Shown here: piece after piece, positions 24,304 to 36,000 of the stretch
Position numbering within the stretch: the stretch's first letter is position 1
How the letters are laid out: each line of letters begins with the position of its first letter
Origin: Setoptus koraiensis
Taxonomy: Eukaryota > Animalia > Arthropoda
Assembly: GCA_048013815.1 (NCBI GenBank)
Contig: CM106585.1
Location: 12,772,001 to 12,836,000 of the forward strand
Reading direction: 5' to 3'
DNA: 64,000 nt
The notes under the pieces: model-generated
Told to the model about the DNA's origin: nothing
Seen by the model: the letters and a program-made list of their open reading frames with translations, nothing else
Database searches by the model: none
Program-made: the position numbers and the translations under genes

Positions 24304-26227
24304 TTGGTTATTCATTAAAAATTTCGTAATCAAGACAATCTTGATAGATTCCAATACAGTCAGCCGAGGTTGGACAGAACCAATCACTTTTGATTCCGCG
24401 GACCTCATCGGCCTTCATTGATAACAAAGAGGTCATGAAACTTTAACACTTTAGAATAGGATTTTTACCATCAACCTAAGTGGATATGTGCGAGTCGATT
24501 TCGTTGGAGGAGAATTGGAGTCAACTAACGAATGAATCAAGACGAAAGAAAAGAAAATGCTCGTCTCCTCGAGGAAAATCACTAAGGCTGAGAAGTCTAA
24601 ACTCTTGACTAACTTATCTCCGTATTATGAAACCAAATTATGTCACCTGTGAATCAAAAGGCGAGTTAGTTCAATGAGACTTGTTGAAGATGCGGCATTC
24701 GTGTTAAGTTTGTGATCAGTTCTATAGCAAGACTCAGAAGTTTACTTTAACTACATTGTATAGTGTATTGATCTATTCTGATCAGCAATCACATCAGAGA
24801 TTAGACTTGAAAATAGTTGTTTTTGTTGTCGTAGGTGATTATTTAATTGATAAACTTCAATACTTGAATAGTCATTAGTTAGGGCGTGAGTTCATCGACA
24901 TTTTATCACCAAGGTTGATTGAGCTTTCTATGTAAACATCATGTCTGATAGATGGAGTTTACCGAAATCTTCGTTCCGACTGAGTACACCATTGTTCAGT
25001 TGATCATTTTCAATACAATCCAGTTATTCTAGTCACGCCGGGACACAAGAAACAACATCATCGCTCTTTTCGTTACAATCATTCGTTACTGTCTGATGAA
25101 AATTGCATGAATCCCTCAAGTCACATGCTCTGATTAAATATCTTCAAATGATGTAAATTCCTGTACACTTTGCACTATAGCTTTCTAGTTCATGTTTTGG
25201 AAGAATCTTGAATTTTTCATGCCTGAGTGACTACCAAGTGAGCCGGCCTATCTCAACTGTCGTCGACTTTCGATTTTTTATCAGACTTGAACTGCTAAAG
25301 TAGTTTCGGACGTTTCTCAATGAGTGGACATTAAATTTTAATTATTAAATAAAGGCTTAAGTAAATCAACTCGTTTTTCAACTGTGAATAATTAAAGTTA
25401 GCAGAGTTAAATAGAACCAAGTTTGAAATTGACAACGCCAACTTAATCAATTAATAATATGTAATAGTTGAAATAGTTCAATTTGGAATTTTTTCATTTT
25501 TTGGTAGAACAAGGAAAATATTGATTTTGTTTCTGATGCCATAATGTTTCATTTTGTTGTATCCGAGCGAAAAAACTAGTGTTCTATCAAAATCAAGCAG
25601 CAACTAATCTAATGTGAATTTGTTACACAGTCTAACTGATGCGAAGTCCCCTCATGTTAGATATGGTCAGTGCCGAAATATGTAGTATGATTCAAGATGA
25701 GATTCATTTGATAATTTTCTATGGATTCATCAGACGATTGCCAATATAATATTAATTATCCATCGGATATATCATCGCAAAATAATGATCAAGGCAATAG
25801 TACAAGAAGCACAGAAAAATACAATTTTACCGATAACAATAATAAAATATCAACAAATAGTTGCATGCTTAAATTACGGAAATTTTCAAGAGGCCCAATT
25901 GAGAATGGAAAAGATAAGAATATCAGACAAGCAAGTGACAAAGAATACAAGCCAAACAACAGTACGATTAGTGATGAGCAAGAAATTGCAATTAGATCTC
26001 AGCAACGTAGAGATAATATTCAGATTAGATCAACTAAATGGGCTAAAATAATCGTGTGTAGTCCATTATTATTGTTGAATTTCAGGAATCAATACTGTTC
26101 CAATGGATCAGGACATTGTCTTCAGACTATTATAAGTCTGTATAGTGTTGATAGTGTCTTGACACAAACGAAACATCAACAAGGTACAAACTTTTTTGGA
26201 GAATATCATAGAAACTATCGTTATAGA

Positions 26228-29200
26228 ATGATGAAAAATATTAGGCCTAAATTGTTCTTATTGGAGGTTTTCTTCATCTGTTGTTTGGCCGTTGCTGATA
26301 AATCTGTTGACACTCATCCAGACTTATTTCACGCAACCACTTCAGCAAAGATTCAAAGATTTCACAATGGCAATTGTTTGTTCAAAAACGCAACATCATC
26401 CAACAAATTAGGTAGTGATGGTGCACAAACAAATGACCAACACCAACCAAATCAAGAAAAGTGGCAGTCTAGTCAACAAAGCAACAAATCATCAACCACA
26501 GTTCCAAATGGGAATGACCCAAAACAAATTATTCCCGCTAGTGCAACAGTTTTGCATGATTGGCCCAAAGATCCTACAACAATTAAGCTGGACAATCCAA
26601 AAGAGTCGGGTTCAAGTCAGCCTAGAATAATAGTGTTGCCCCCAATGGATATCAATCCCGACGCGATTGAGTCGCACGTTCATTCTGTTTCTAAGCTTGC
26701 CAGCCACGAAAATCATCATCAGACAGCTAGTGATTATCAGCAACATGATTACGCTAACAATGGGGTGCCATCAAGCATGGCGTACCCGACTGTTATTGAT
26801 TTGAGTAACCAGAGCCAGCGAAGGAGAGGGCCGCGATCGTGGTTTCGGAATAGATTTATGTTTAAAAGAAGAAAAAATTCCCGAATGGACAATGATGACC
26901 TAGTCAGAAGCTCCATCAAGAAAGGAAAATTTCTTTCAATTATCCCTGTACCATTGTTTAAAAGTATGAAAGATGGCACAACTGGCCCGTCAAAACCAAG
27001 AGAACGCCGTCAAGCCAACTATGTCAATACTAATGGGGCTCAACCTGCACCAGCACCAGCACCATTACCGGTGCCGGTGCCGGATGTCGAGACGGAAAGC
27101 CTGCGACAGAGTGCAGTGCCAATAGAAAATCGCCAACAACAATCGCCTGCTTCGATTGTTTTGAATTTGTTGGGTCTGCAACCGATTCAAGCTGGATTGT
27201 CGTCGACTCCGACAACGGGTTTATTGCAGCCAAGATTCACATTGCAATCGTTGGTTAGATCATTAGATTGGTCAAGCATTCTCAATCAAGTGATTGACTC
27301 GATGTTGTTAGCGATGCGCACTATAATGACACAAATTTTACAGCAGTTTTATGATACGTTGCCACAAAATTTTGCCAATATGGCCCAGCTACTCTCCAAT
27401 ATATTGAATGCCATTACAGTGAACAATCCACTTTTAGTTAACGCTCCAATGTTGGGTCAGTTCCGTAATGCACAATCACCGAATCCGTTGATCTTACTGG
27501 CTGCACAAATGCTTGCACCGTCACAGAATGTGATTGTCACCAAACAACAACAACCGGATATTATTGATCGTTTTGCGCCCAATTCCACGCAATCATTATT
27601 GAACTCGCAGAAAAACTCAAGTCCAAAGTCAGACAACAACAGCAACAGCGGACTTGCCAGCACCGCAGAAATTGTGGCCAATCAGTTGAGATTGATTGAA
27701 GAGGGCACAAAGATTTTGAAAAATCTTGCCCAATTGCAGACATTACAAATGCGTCAAAATTTCGTTTCGCCGACAAACGAACAGCAGCAGCAGCAGCAGC
27801 CCAACAAATCGCAGCAATCCAATGGCAACCAGACAACACAATCAGGTAACGCGAGGAGGAAACGTCAAACAACAAGACTAGATTATTCCAGCGGAACGAC
27901 AATCAGAGACAAACTTGAGCAATTGATGGGCGCAAGAAAATTTTCAATACGAAATATCGAAAAACGCAGTCTGGGCAGTTTGTTGCTGTTTGGCCCCTTC
28001 AGTCGGCTCTACATGGGCATGCTGGCCCACAGAATGATGAAATTTCAATCAAACATACTTACCCAGGCGATATTGGGCGAATTGGTGCGTCGATTCATTG
28101 TGCCAAGTGTCAGCGCAACGCTCGGTCCAGTGGCCAGCCAAATGTTGACCAGTACACTGAGTCAGGTGAAGAACAGTCTGAACAACGGTCAATATCCGAA
28201 TCAATTGTCACTGTCACCGGCGCCAGTGGTGGCTGGCACAACCACTGATCACAGTGATCCACACAAGACTTCCGGAAATCATCAGCAGCAGCAGCATTCA
28301 ACGAGCCAGGACAATACAAATAAAGAGGCCAGTGGCGCTGGCAAACAAAACAACGGTCAGTCTAGGCAGTCACATTTTAAGCGTTTGCAATCACCCGATG
28401 AACAAGATTGTCTTGAGGCGGCCGACAACGAGGCAAATTACGCGGACAAACTAAATCACAATGTCAGCCCCTTGGATGCCTTCGTCGAATCAATGCACAA
28501 TCAAAGACCATTGATCAATGTAGACGAGTCGGCCATATCGTTGCAATTGCCACAATCGCAAGCCTCCATTTCCATACCAACTCTGGCCGCCTGGCCCGAA
28601 AGTGTACAAAGTTTAGTTCACGCTCTCGCCAAAACGATGCTCGCCAACGGGGGCGCCAGCTCTCTCATATCTGCACTTCCGTTTCATGCTCAATCAGCGT
28701 CACTGTTGAGTCAATCGCCTCTATTTGCATTATTGTCGTCCAATCAGCATCGTACCAAAAATCACTATGGAACAAAGAAATCTATTCCCAATCTGGATTC
28801 CCTATTCAATCATCAGCATCCCGCAAGATTGCATCCACTTGTGCGCCGGCTACCGCCGCCCTTCCCAACAGATAATCACAATTTGATTTATCCGCCCCTG
28901 GGCCAGCGTCACCTGAGAGACCAATTGCTGCTAAATCATCATGACGAAAATCCAATATTGGCCGCCCTACTGAAACAGCAACTATTTCCGCCGGCATTGA
29001 GCCAGCTCGACACTCACACCCAAATGAAATCGCCCTCGCTACCGCACAATTTTCTGGCGTCAGAGGGCCCGCTAGATGTTCCGTCTGCCTTGTTGGCAGG
29101 CACTGCTGATTCGATTGATTCAACAATGAGCCAGCCACAATTATCCGGCTTAAATGAGGCGCTGAAGAAAATGAAAATTGAACAATTGTTGGATACGCTC

Positions 29201-32011
29201 AACTTGATCACTTCATCAGCGGGCAGTATCAATAGGACTCAATCGTTGATTGACAGCAGCCACTCGTTTAATGCCAAGCCCGCAGCCACACTAGCCAATG
29301 ATCAAGACCTGAATCAATTGCTCAACAGAAATCTTTTAGAATTGTTGAGGAAACATCAGGCTGCTCAGGCCGCAACACCGTCGTCGGTGTCAGCCGAGAC
29401 TCTAGCCAATGATATTTTACGAAGTGCCTTGGAGGCTGCCGCCTCATCCTCGAAGAAGCAACAAAATTTAATTAGCAATGCCACCAAGTCCGCATCAGAT
29501 TTGCTCACCAGTCATTTCGGTTCGCTGCTTCAGGGTATTGATTTGTCTGGTCGTACAACAACAACAACAACAACGCAAGACGGTGCAGTTAGCAACAACC
29601 AGTTAACAACAAATTTGTCCGATGAAGACCAACTGTCAAAACTGTCACCTGTCGCCGATACTGATAGCACGCTCGCCGGTCCCGAAATTGTCGATAGTAT
29701 CAATGATGATAGCCTCAATTCGAACAACCAAGTGGATGAGGATCAATTTATAAAAGAGGACAGAGACAGGCCAGAGGTGGTTAGCGAGTCGGCCAACATC
29801 TTGAATTATCGCAAACAGCAACACAACAATCATCAAGTTAACAAATTTAAACGACCCAATTCAAACCAAATTGCCCAATTGTCGAGGTCCAACTTCAGCG
29901 CCGAAGCGAAGCCCAACACTTCCGTTGAAGGTGGTGCACATTCCGAAAAGCAACAATCAATTGATTGGGTGAACAATAACAGAAAAGTCGACCCTAAAAA
30001 ATTAGTTAGCTCGAGCAATCGTCCGACTCAACTCAATCCAGTGTCGGCTAACTCTCATCATCTCCAGTCAGCTAAACAATATCCCAACTCTCCCGCTGAG
30101 AGCCATCACCACAACCACAATTCAAATTCAAATTTCAATCGAGACTCCAATGTGCCAGTAGAAAACAATGCAGATTTTATCAGTAATGTGCCAGCATTAC
30201 TAGTCAATATGACAGAAAATGATCTGTTCAATCAAATACCTCATATGGAACAATTACATAATGGCGTTACCACTATGCGAGCGCCAAACAATTTCGATAA
30301 AGAAGATAGTAATAAATTATCTGGTGTGGTCATTGATAAGAGCAGAAAACCACTTTGGGTTGATTTACAGCTAGACGCCGGTCATCATCCCACTATTCAT
30401 CAGATCCACGCACCTCATGTAAGAGATTATGCAATTCGAGAGCAACCCCAGACTCTTAAACATCACATCATTGACGCGAAACCTGGCCAAAGACTCGGCA
30501 CCCAACAAACGGTTGATGTCAATGATCCAAGGAGATCTCCCCAACATAATCCAAAAATCTACGCCGAGAACCAGTGGGGAGTTGCAAAAGATCAGCGACC
30601 AATTATTACGCAACAGCAGGATGTTTCAGCTCAACAAATTAACAGAAACCGAGAAACAATGGGCGTGCAGTCGCCCCCGCGCCATCAAGTCGAAATGAAA
30701 AGACATGCAACTTCCGTTGGGCCGAATTTCGATCGGGCCCCAGCCGAAGTGAGCACTCCTCAGAGGCAGCCCCCGTTGGTGAGGTCTCAATTTTCAGAGC
30801 AATTCGTCACTGCACAGCCACAAAGTTTCTCCAGAGAGCTAGTTATTTCGGGTCAATATGAGCACACACAATTCTTCAATCAGGCCCATCAAGTTCACGA
30901 TCAGCCATCTTATGAAGGATTTGCTAATCAAAAATTGTCACCTAGTCCGATAAACGACACTCTAAGTGGCACTCATCTAACTGTCAATCCGCAACAATTC
31001 AATGACGCAATGAAGGCGAAAACGATTCGACCAATGAAAACAACCGAATTCGATAGGGTGAAAAAGAAGAGGCACGGCAAAAGGAAAAGGAAAAAGAAGC
31101 TGAAAACTACTGTTAATAATAGCGGGATATCAAGTCTGTCCCCAATTGATGCAGGGGGCAATTTTAATGAAAAAGAAATGCCATCCAATCGATCGAATGA
31201 GTTGTCGCAGAACAAAGGCAATCAAGATTTGAACAATCTAGCCATGGCTCTGAATGTCATGAATATGGTCCTGTTAAACCAGAAACTCAGCTCGGATAAT
31301 ACCACTACTGTCAAAAACACTAGCTCGAATAATTCAGCATCTAGAGATATACCGGTGGATACGATGCAAACATCATTTCGATCGAGTTCCTTCCGGTCAA
31401 ACACATCAAAATTACCCATTCTCGTCTCTTCTAACAAACATACCAATACTACATCCAGACCTACTGACAGATCGCACGAGAAATTAATTATTTCTAAAAA
31501 CAAAAATGCTACCCAAGCCAAGTTGACCTCTCCAGACAATCCGAAAAGCGAAAATTCTAAAGAGACTTCTACAAGCAAACCACAAGTGGATCGACAATCA
31601 TCGCATGTGGAAATGAAGCTATCTAACAACTCATCAATGAAGCTTGATTCAGTCAGCGAAGATGACAAAAAAGAGCCCAAAAAAGTTTCAACATTTTCCA
31701 ATGATAGCGGCACACATCAATTTTTAAGCTTGCCCTCGTCAGAACATCAAGATACCGGTGTTAATATTTCGGTTGCGCTGACGAAAGAAGCAAGCAGTGA
31801 ATCAGGTAGCAAAAATGAAATTAAAATCAAAGATAATCACAAGCATGATGGAAATGAGCTTGGCATTTTAGACGAGCGAGAGCACGCAAGTAGATGGAAC
31901 GACATATTGATGCATTTGAACAGCAATGAAACCGGAAATAGTAGTGCTGTGAGAGTGCCAATAATGGAAAACACCGAAATCTCGAAGAAGATCGTCTCAC
32001 GTTCGGGCTGA
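26228..32011 (+). CDS. Large intronless orphan protein, probably secreted (1927 aa from M170 of the 25721 ORF)
   Basis: 6.3-kb open frame. Signal-peptide-like MMKNIRPKLFLLEVFFICCLAVA at 26228. Q/N/S-rich segments alternate with Leu-rich helical blocks. Basic sites include RERR|QA, RRKR|QT and EKR|SL. No domain recognised. The true start could be 25721. Confidence 0.75.
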   Translation: MMKNIRPKLFLLEVFFICCLAVADKSVDTHPDLFHATTSAKIQRFHNGNCLFKNATSSNKLGSDGAQTNDQHQPNQEKWQSSQQSNKSSTTVPNGNDPKQIIPASATVLHDWPKDPTTIKLDNPKESGSSQPRIIVLPPMDINPDAIESHVHSVSKLASHENHHQTASDYQQHDYANNGVPSSMAYPTVIDLSNQSQRRRGPRSWFRNRFMFKRRKNSRMDNDDLVRSSIKKGKFLSIIPVPLFKSMKDGTTGPSKPRERRQANYVNTNGAQPAPAPAPLPVPVPDVETESLRQSAVPIENRQQQSPASIVLNLLGLQPIQAGLSSTPTTGLLQPRFTLQSLVRSLDWSSILNQVIDSMLLAMRTIMTQILQQFYDTLPQNFANMAQLLSNILNAITVNNPLLVNAPMLGQFRNAQSPNPLILLAAQMLAPSQNVIVTKQQQPDIIDRFAPNSTQSLLNSQKNSSPKSDNNSNSGLASTAEIVANQLRLIEEGTKILKNLAQLQTLQMRQNFVSPTNEQQQQQQPNKSQQSNGNQTTQSGNARRKRQTTRLDYSSGTTIRDKLEQLMGARKFSIRNIEKRSLGSLLLFGPFSRLYMGMLAHRMMKFQSNILTQAILGELVRRFIVPSVSATLGPVASQMLTSTLSQVKNSLNNGQYPNQLSLSPAPVVAGTTTDHSDPHKTSGNHQQQQHSTSQDNTNKEASGAGKQNNGQSRQSHFKRLQSPDEQDCLEAADNEANYADKLNHNVSPLDAFVESMHNQRPLINVDESAISLQLPQSQASISIPTLAAWPESVQSLVHALAKTMLANGGASSLISALPFHAQSASLLSQSPLFALLSSNQHRTKNHYGTKKSIPNLDSLFNHQHPARLHPLVRRLPPPFPTDNHNLIYPPLGQRHLRDQLLLNHHDENPILAALLKQQLFPPALSQLDTHTQMKSPSLPHNFLASEGPLDVPSALLAGTADSIDSTMSQPQLSGLNEALKKMKIEQLLDTLNLITSSAGSINRTQSLIDSSHSFNAKPAATLANDQDLNQLLNRNLLELLRKHQAAQAATPSSVSAETLANDILRSALEAAASSSKKQQNLISNATKSASDLLTSHFGSLLQGIDLSGRTTTTTTTQDGAVSNNQLTTNLSDEDQLSKLSPVADTDSTLAGPEIVDSINDDSLNSNNQVDEDQFIKEDRDRPEVVSESANILNYRKQQHNNHQVNKFKRPNSNQIAQLSRSNFSAEAKPNTSVEGGAHSEKQQSIDWVNNNRKVDPKKLVSSSNRPTQLNPVSANSHHLQSAKQYPNSPAESHHHNHNSNSNFNRDSNVPVENNADFISNVPALLVNMTENDLFNQIPHMEQLHNGVTTMRAPNNFDKEDSNKLSGVVIDKSRKPLWVDLQLDAGHHPTIHQIHAPHVRDYAIREQPQTLKHHIIDAKPGQRLGTQQTVDVNDPRRSPQHNPKIYAENQWGVAKDQRPIITQQQDVSAQQINRNRETMGVQSPPRHQVEMKRHATSVGPNFDRAPAEVSTPQRQPPLVRSQFSEQFVTAQPQSFSRELVISGQYEHTQFFNQAHQVHDQPSYEGFANQKLSPSPINDTLSGTHLTVNPQQFNDAMKAKTIRPMKTTEFDRVKKKRHGKRKRKKKLKTTVNNSGISSLSPIDAGGNFNEKEMPSNRSNELSQNKGNQDLNNLAMALNVMNMVLLNQKLSSDNTTTVKNTSSNNSASRDIPVDTMQTSFRSSSFRSNTSKLPILVSSNKHTNTTSRPTDRSHEKLIISKNKNATQAKLTSPDNPKSENSKETSTSKPQVDRQSSHVEMKLSNNSSMKLDSVSEDDKKEPKKVSTFSNDSGTHQFLSLPSSEHQDTGVNISVALTKEASSESGSKNEIKIKDNHKHDGNELGILDEREHASRWNDILMHLNSNETGNSSAVRVPIMENTEISKKIVSRSG

Positions 32012-33006
32012 TTCTGACTATGCCATACCTAAACAATAAAATAAAACAAATAAAAATAAAATAAAATAAAACAAAACAGAATTGATAATAGAATTGACTT
32101 CATTGGCTTGCACAAATTGAGAGGACCCGCCAAGGCTTACTTCGACTAGCTGCACAAGTGAGTTCAGTTCGGGAATATGCATTCGAAGTGGCTTGGTATT
32201 GTTGCAAGAAACACTGTGCTTTTTGTGCCAACTGTATAAACTGAGAACTGGGCCTCTTTTCTCAAACTCCCGGCCTGAGTAGACCCCAGATTCGTTTAGC
32301 ACCCATTCAATAGATAGCGCCTCTGTTCCGCGTACGCGCTGACGTAGCACTTTTATCAGCACGTTCAACCACTTTGGGGTTCGATCACATCACAACTATT
32401 TATTCACTGACAGAGCATGTATAAAATGCAAGTTGCATGTTGTTGAGAGTAGCTCGAGCTCATTTAGTCAGCTCATTTTTGTTTGGTGCTCGGTCCTGTG
32501 AAGACCTACATCTATCAGCGACCTCCATCGCGCAAATACACGCAAATACCGAAACAAACATGGAAACATAATAAATATAGAAAAGAAAAATGGCAAGTAA
32601 CTACGCGAAAAGAACACAATGATCAATGATAATAATAGGCGGATTTGTTTTCATTATAGCAAGCATTACATAACGGTGTGTGATTTAATTATTCATCAGG
32701 TGCAGTGCAATAGTGTTGTTCTCGCCTCGTCACAAGATTATCAAAAAATCCCAAAATCAGAAATCATCGGATAAGTTGCATCAGCAATGATATTTGCACA
32801 ACACAATATGTGGTAGCAGCAGCAGCAGCGTCAAGAAGCAGTGTTACATCAAAAACAATCGTCATCGTGATTGCCTCACCATACAACGTTTGTTGTGTCT
32901 TGATAAACTTTCATGAATAACAAATAAGTCTAGAAATATAACGACAACTATATATAGACATATATAGTCAGTGACGAAGATAAAGAAGCGACCAACAAGC
33001 CACACA

Positions 33007-36000
33007 ATGCCACGCTATATATCTGCTGCCCTGTGGGGCTTGGTCAGCCTGAATCTGATCACGCTGGTAGTCGGTGGTCTAGTCACTTGGTTGGGCTACG
33101 CCATTCCAATGAGGTAATATATTCGCATCTATTTTCTTTTTTGCTGCAAAGTCAATTCGATGATTATCAGGTCTTTGTTAGTATGCGATAGCTCTGGGCT
33201 ATCGAGCAATCTAATGCTATCCACTGCTAGCAAAACAATTGAGAGTATCTCGAGCTGTGATGGTGACACAAAAAAAGTCCGCAGGAATCCTTTATCCTCT
33301 AGAAAAAATCGCACTAAAAGAATGTATTTTGATTGTGTTCTGCCCAATCAATTTCATCGGCCCGCTCAAGAATTTTTTGTTTCGCAAGAGTGCCCGCTGT
33401 AATTGTAGCATTCATTGAGATATTCAATAAGCTCAATGGGCTTTCATCCGCATTCAAAGCTAGCGAGCAAAAAATAGCGGTGGTACTATCATTTAATCAA
33501 CAACAACAGCAAGGTTTGCGCTCTGATTTGTGTCTGTTATTCTAGCTTTGGGTTAGTCGGAGTTTTTAAAAACTGAAATGAGGGCGCCCCGGTCTCAGTT
33601 GATTAATCTTCGATAATATTTGCGATACAGCAGCAATTTAGGCCCAGATAGTCTTGTCATGTGACTCTGGTGGCTGATTGAGTGCGATACCCATGTCTAA
33701 TGGCACATACAGTGTAGATTGATTTTTGTTGATCCTTCATTAATAGTTTCGAGACTCTCTGTGTCAAGATCTGCAAAGATCGGCCAAACGATGCCCTCGC
33801 TGACACTGGATAGGATCGATTTTAATATGATGTGAGATAGAATAAGATGGGACGAAATGGGATGGGATGGGATGGGATGAGATGAGGGAGAGAAAAGTTA
33901 AATGAGTGAATTTGTTTTTATTATTGTGTGAGGGGGGCACTTAGCGCTAACATGACATAGAAAAAACAAAGAGGACAAAATTACAAACTCTTCACAAACT
34001 TGCTCCAGATTAACTGGATGAACAAGCTCCATGTTGTGGTGCAAGCATCTATCTGTATATCAAGTATCTAATCTGGCCGATCAAGTTGATCTGGTTATTA
34101 TTATGTAATAGATTGTTTATGAGTTACAGCAAATTGAAAGTGAAAACACTTGCTTGTGCATTTATTATTAAATACACTCGATACACACTTACAAAGAGCC
34201 CAATGCAAGTGAGTAGTGCCAGTAGTGCTAGTAGTAGTAGATATTGCACAAGATAAGCAAATAATAAGTGGGGACCCCGACTGTCGGATCGCGATTTGCT
34301 ACACAGCCACTGCTGGTAATATAGCCATCACTCAACAACCAGCTGATGGTTATACCATAGATATACTATGCAGTTGTTAGTAGTATAGTGAGTAGGGGAG
34401 GATAAAATGAGAGCAAGCGAAACGAGATTAGACGACACGAATTGACACAAGAGAGATAGAGAGTAAAATCGGCCCAATTGCATTGGTTCTGAATTGGAAG
34501 CTGTCAGCCAATTATATTGAACTAATATCCTAATAACTCATGCAACAACAACCGAACCTAGGACCTCGCCTTATCTCACTGAGCTAGGGGCTTGTCGATG
34601 ATTTGCCTAGACTAACGCTTATCTGGCTACTGTTCAGTGGCTTGATCCGGCTTGATCTAGCGCCCAAATAAACCAGTTGACCCAATAAAAGCCCTTACAA
34701 TCGATCTCTTCTATTATTTCCAATTTGGAAATTCCGACCTATCGGGTGCTTTCCGTTTTACCCTGTTCACTAGATGTGGCTACATCTTGAGATAATTGTG
34801 ACCCCTGATCTCTTACAACTTTGTGCCACCAGCAATCCACGACATAACTACCGGTATATTCATCTGGCCCCGCTGGCCCTCCAATATTCCAGTGCGTAGC
34901 AAATACTAAATACTATACCAGACGAGATAGTATTCGAGTGGCTCACTAAATGAAGATATTAACTGGTTGCGATGTGCCACTCAGAAGCTCTATAGCCAAT
35001 TAGAAGGCTGACGCTGCAGGGCTCACAAGTGGCTGATGTTAATCTGATTTATCACGCAACAAAATGCTTTCAGTCCGTCTGTATCTTGCATAAAAAAAAG
35101 TGAGCTCCCAAGAAAAAGGCTCAAGGCTTTTCTTTCTCGAAAAATGGATGCAGCCCCAACTGGCCTAGTTATGATAAGGCGAAAGAAGATCCAAAAATAC
35201 TTTATCATTCGCCATAGTTGGCTTAGTATGAATGCCATTTCCATAGTAGTGCCGTGTTCAGTTGGAAGCCGCCGATTTAGGGTGCGATGAAGCGCGATCG
35301 ACGACGCTCCCCTCCTTCGAAAGACCAAGCTTGGTAGTTTCTTCGTCTTAGCTACTCACTCTCGATTGCAAGAATGCTTTGCTGGCTAGTAATTCCATAT
35401 TGGTCACAGTATATAATTATATATAACGAGATGAAATAGAGTTTACATAGGCAATTTGCTGACGTCGCCGTTGTTTCAATCAGATATGTTGAAGGTTAAC
35501 CAGCTCGCTAACCCAGCCAAACATTTTTTCTGTCTGAAAACCGAAACCGAATCAACACCAAGAAATCACCTACACTTTGCGCTTTCGGTTATCGATTAGG
35601 TGTCATTAATTTGGAGCGACCACATTCAATATGGTATTTCACATTCACAAATGGCCAGCTGCTTTCGTTTCGAGGCTCACATGTTTGGGGGACGGATTCT
35701 ATAAAAAAAATGGCTGTTTAAAATAGCTTTTCATAGCGAAATCTCTGACAAACGTCTGTCTGAATCAGAACTGCGGTCAATACAAACTCAAAAAACAACC
35801 GCAAAATAATCGTCGATTTTTGGAACCATCCAAAATTGAAACCGAATTCACCACTGTTAACCGAACGGTAAACTTCTTTCGGCTCGGTTTCTAGTTTCAA
35901 TATTCGCTCTACTTCAATAGAGATCGTAAACTTCTTTTTGCTACTCAATCATACCTACTGGCTAGATTTATATATTGCGAGAAATCGAAGAATCTTTTTT

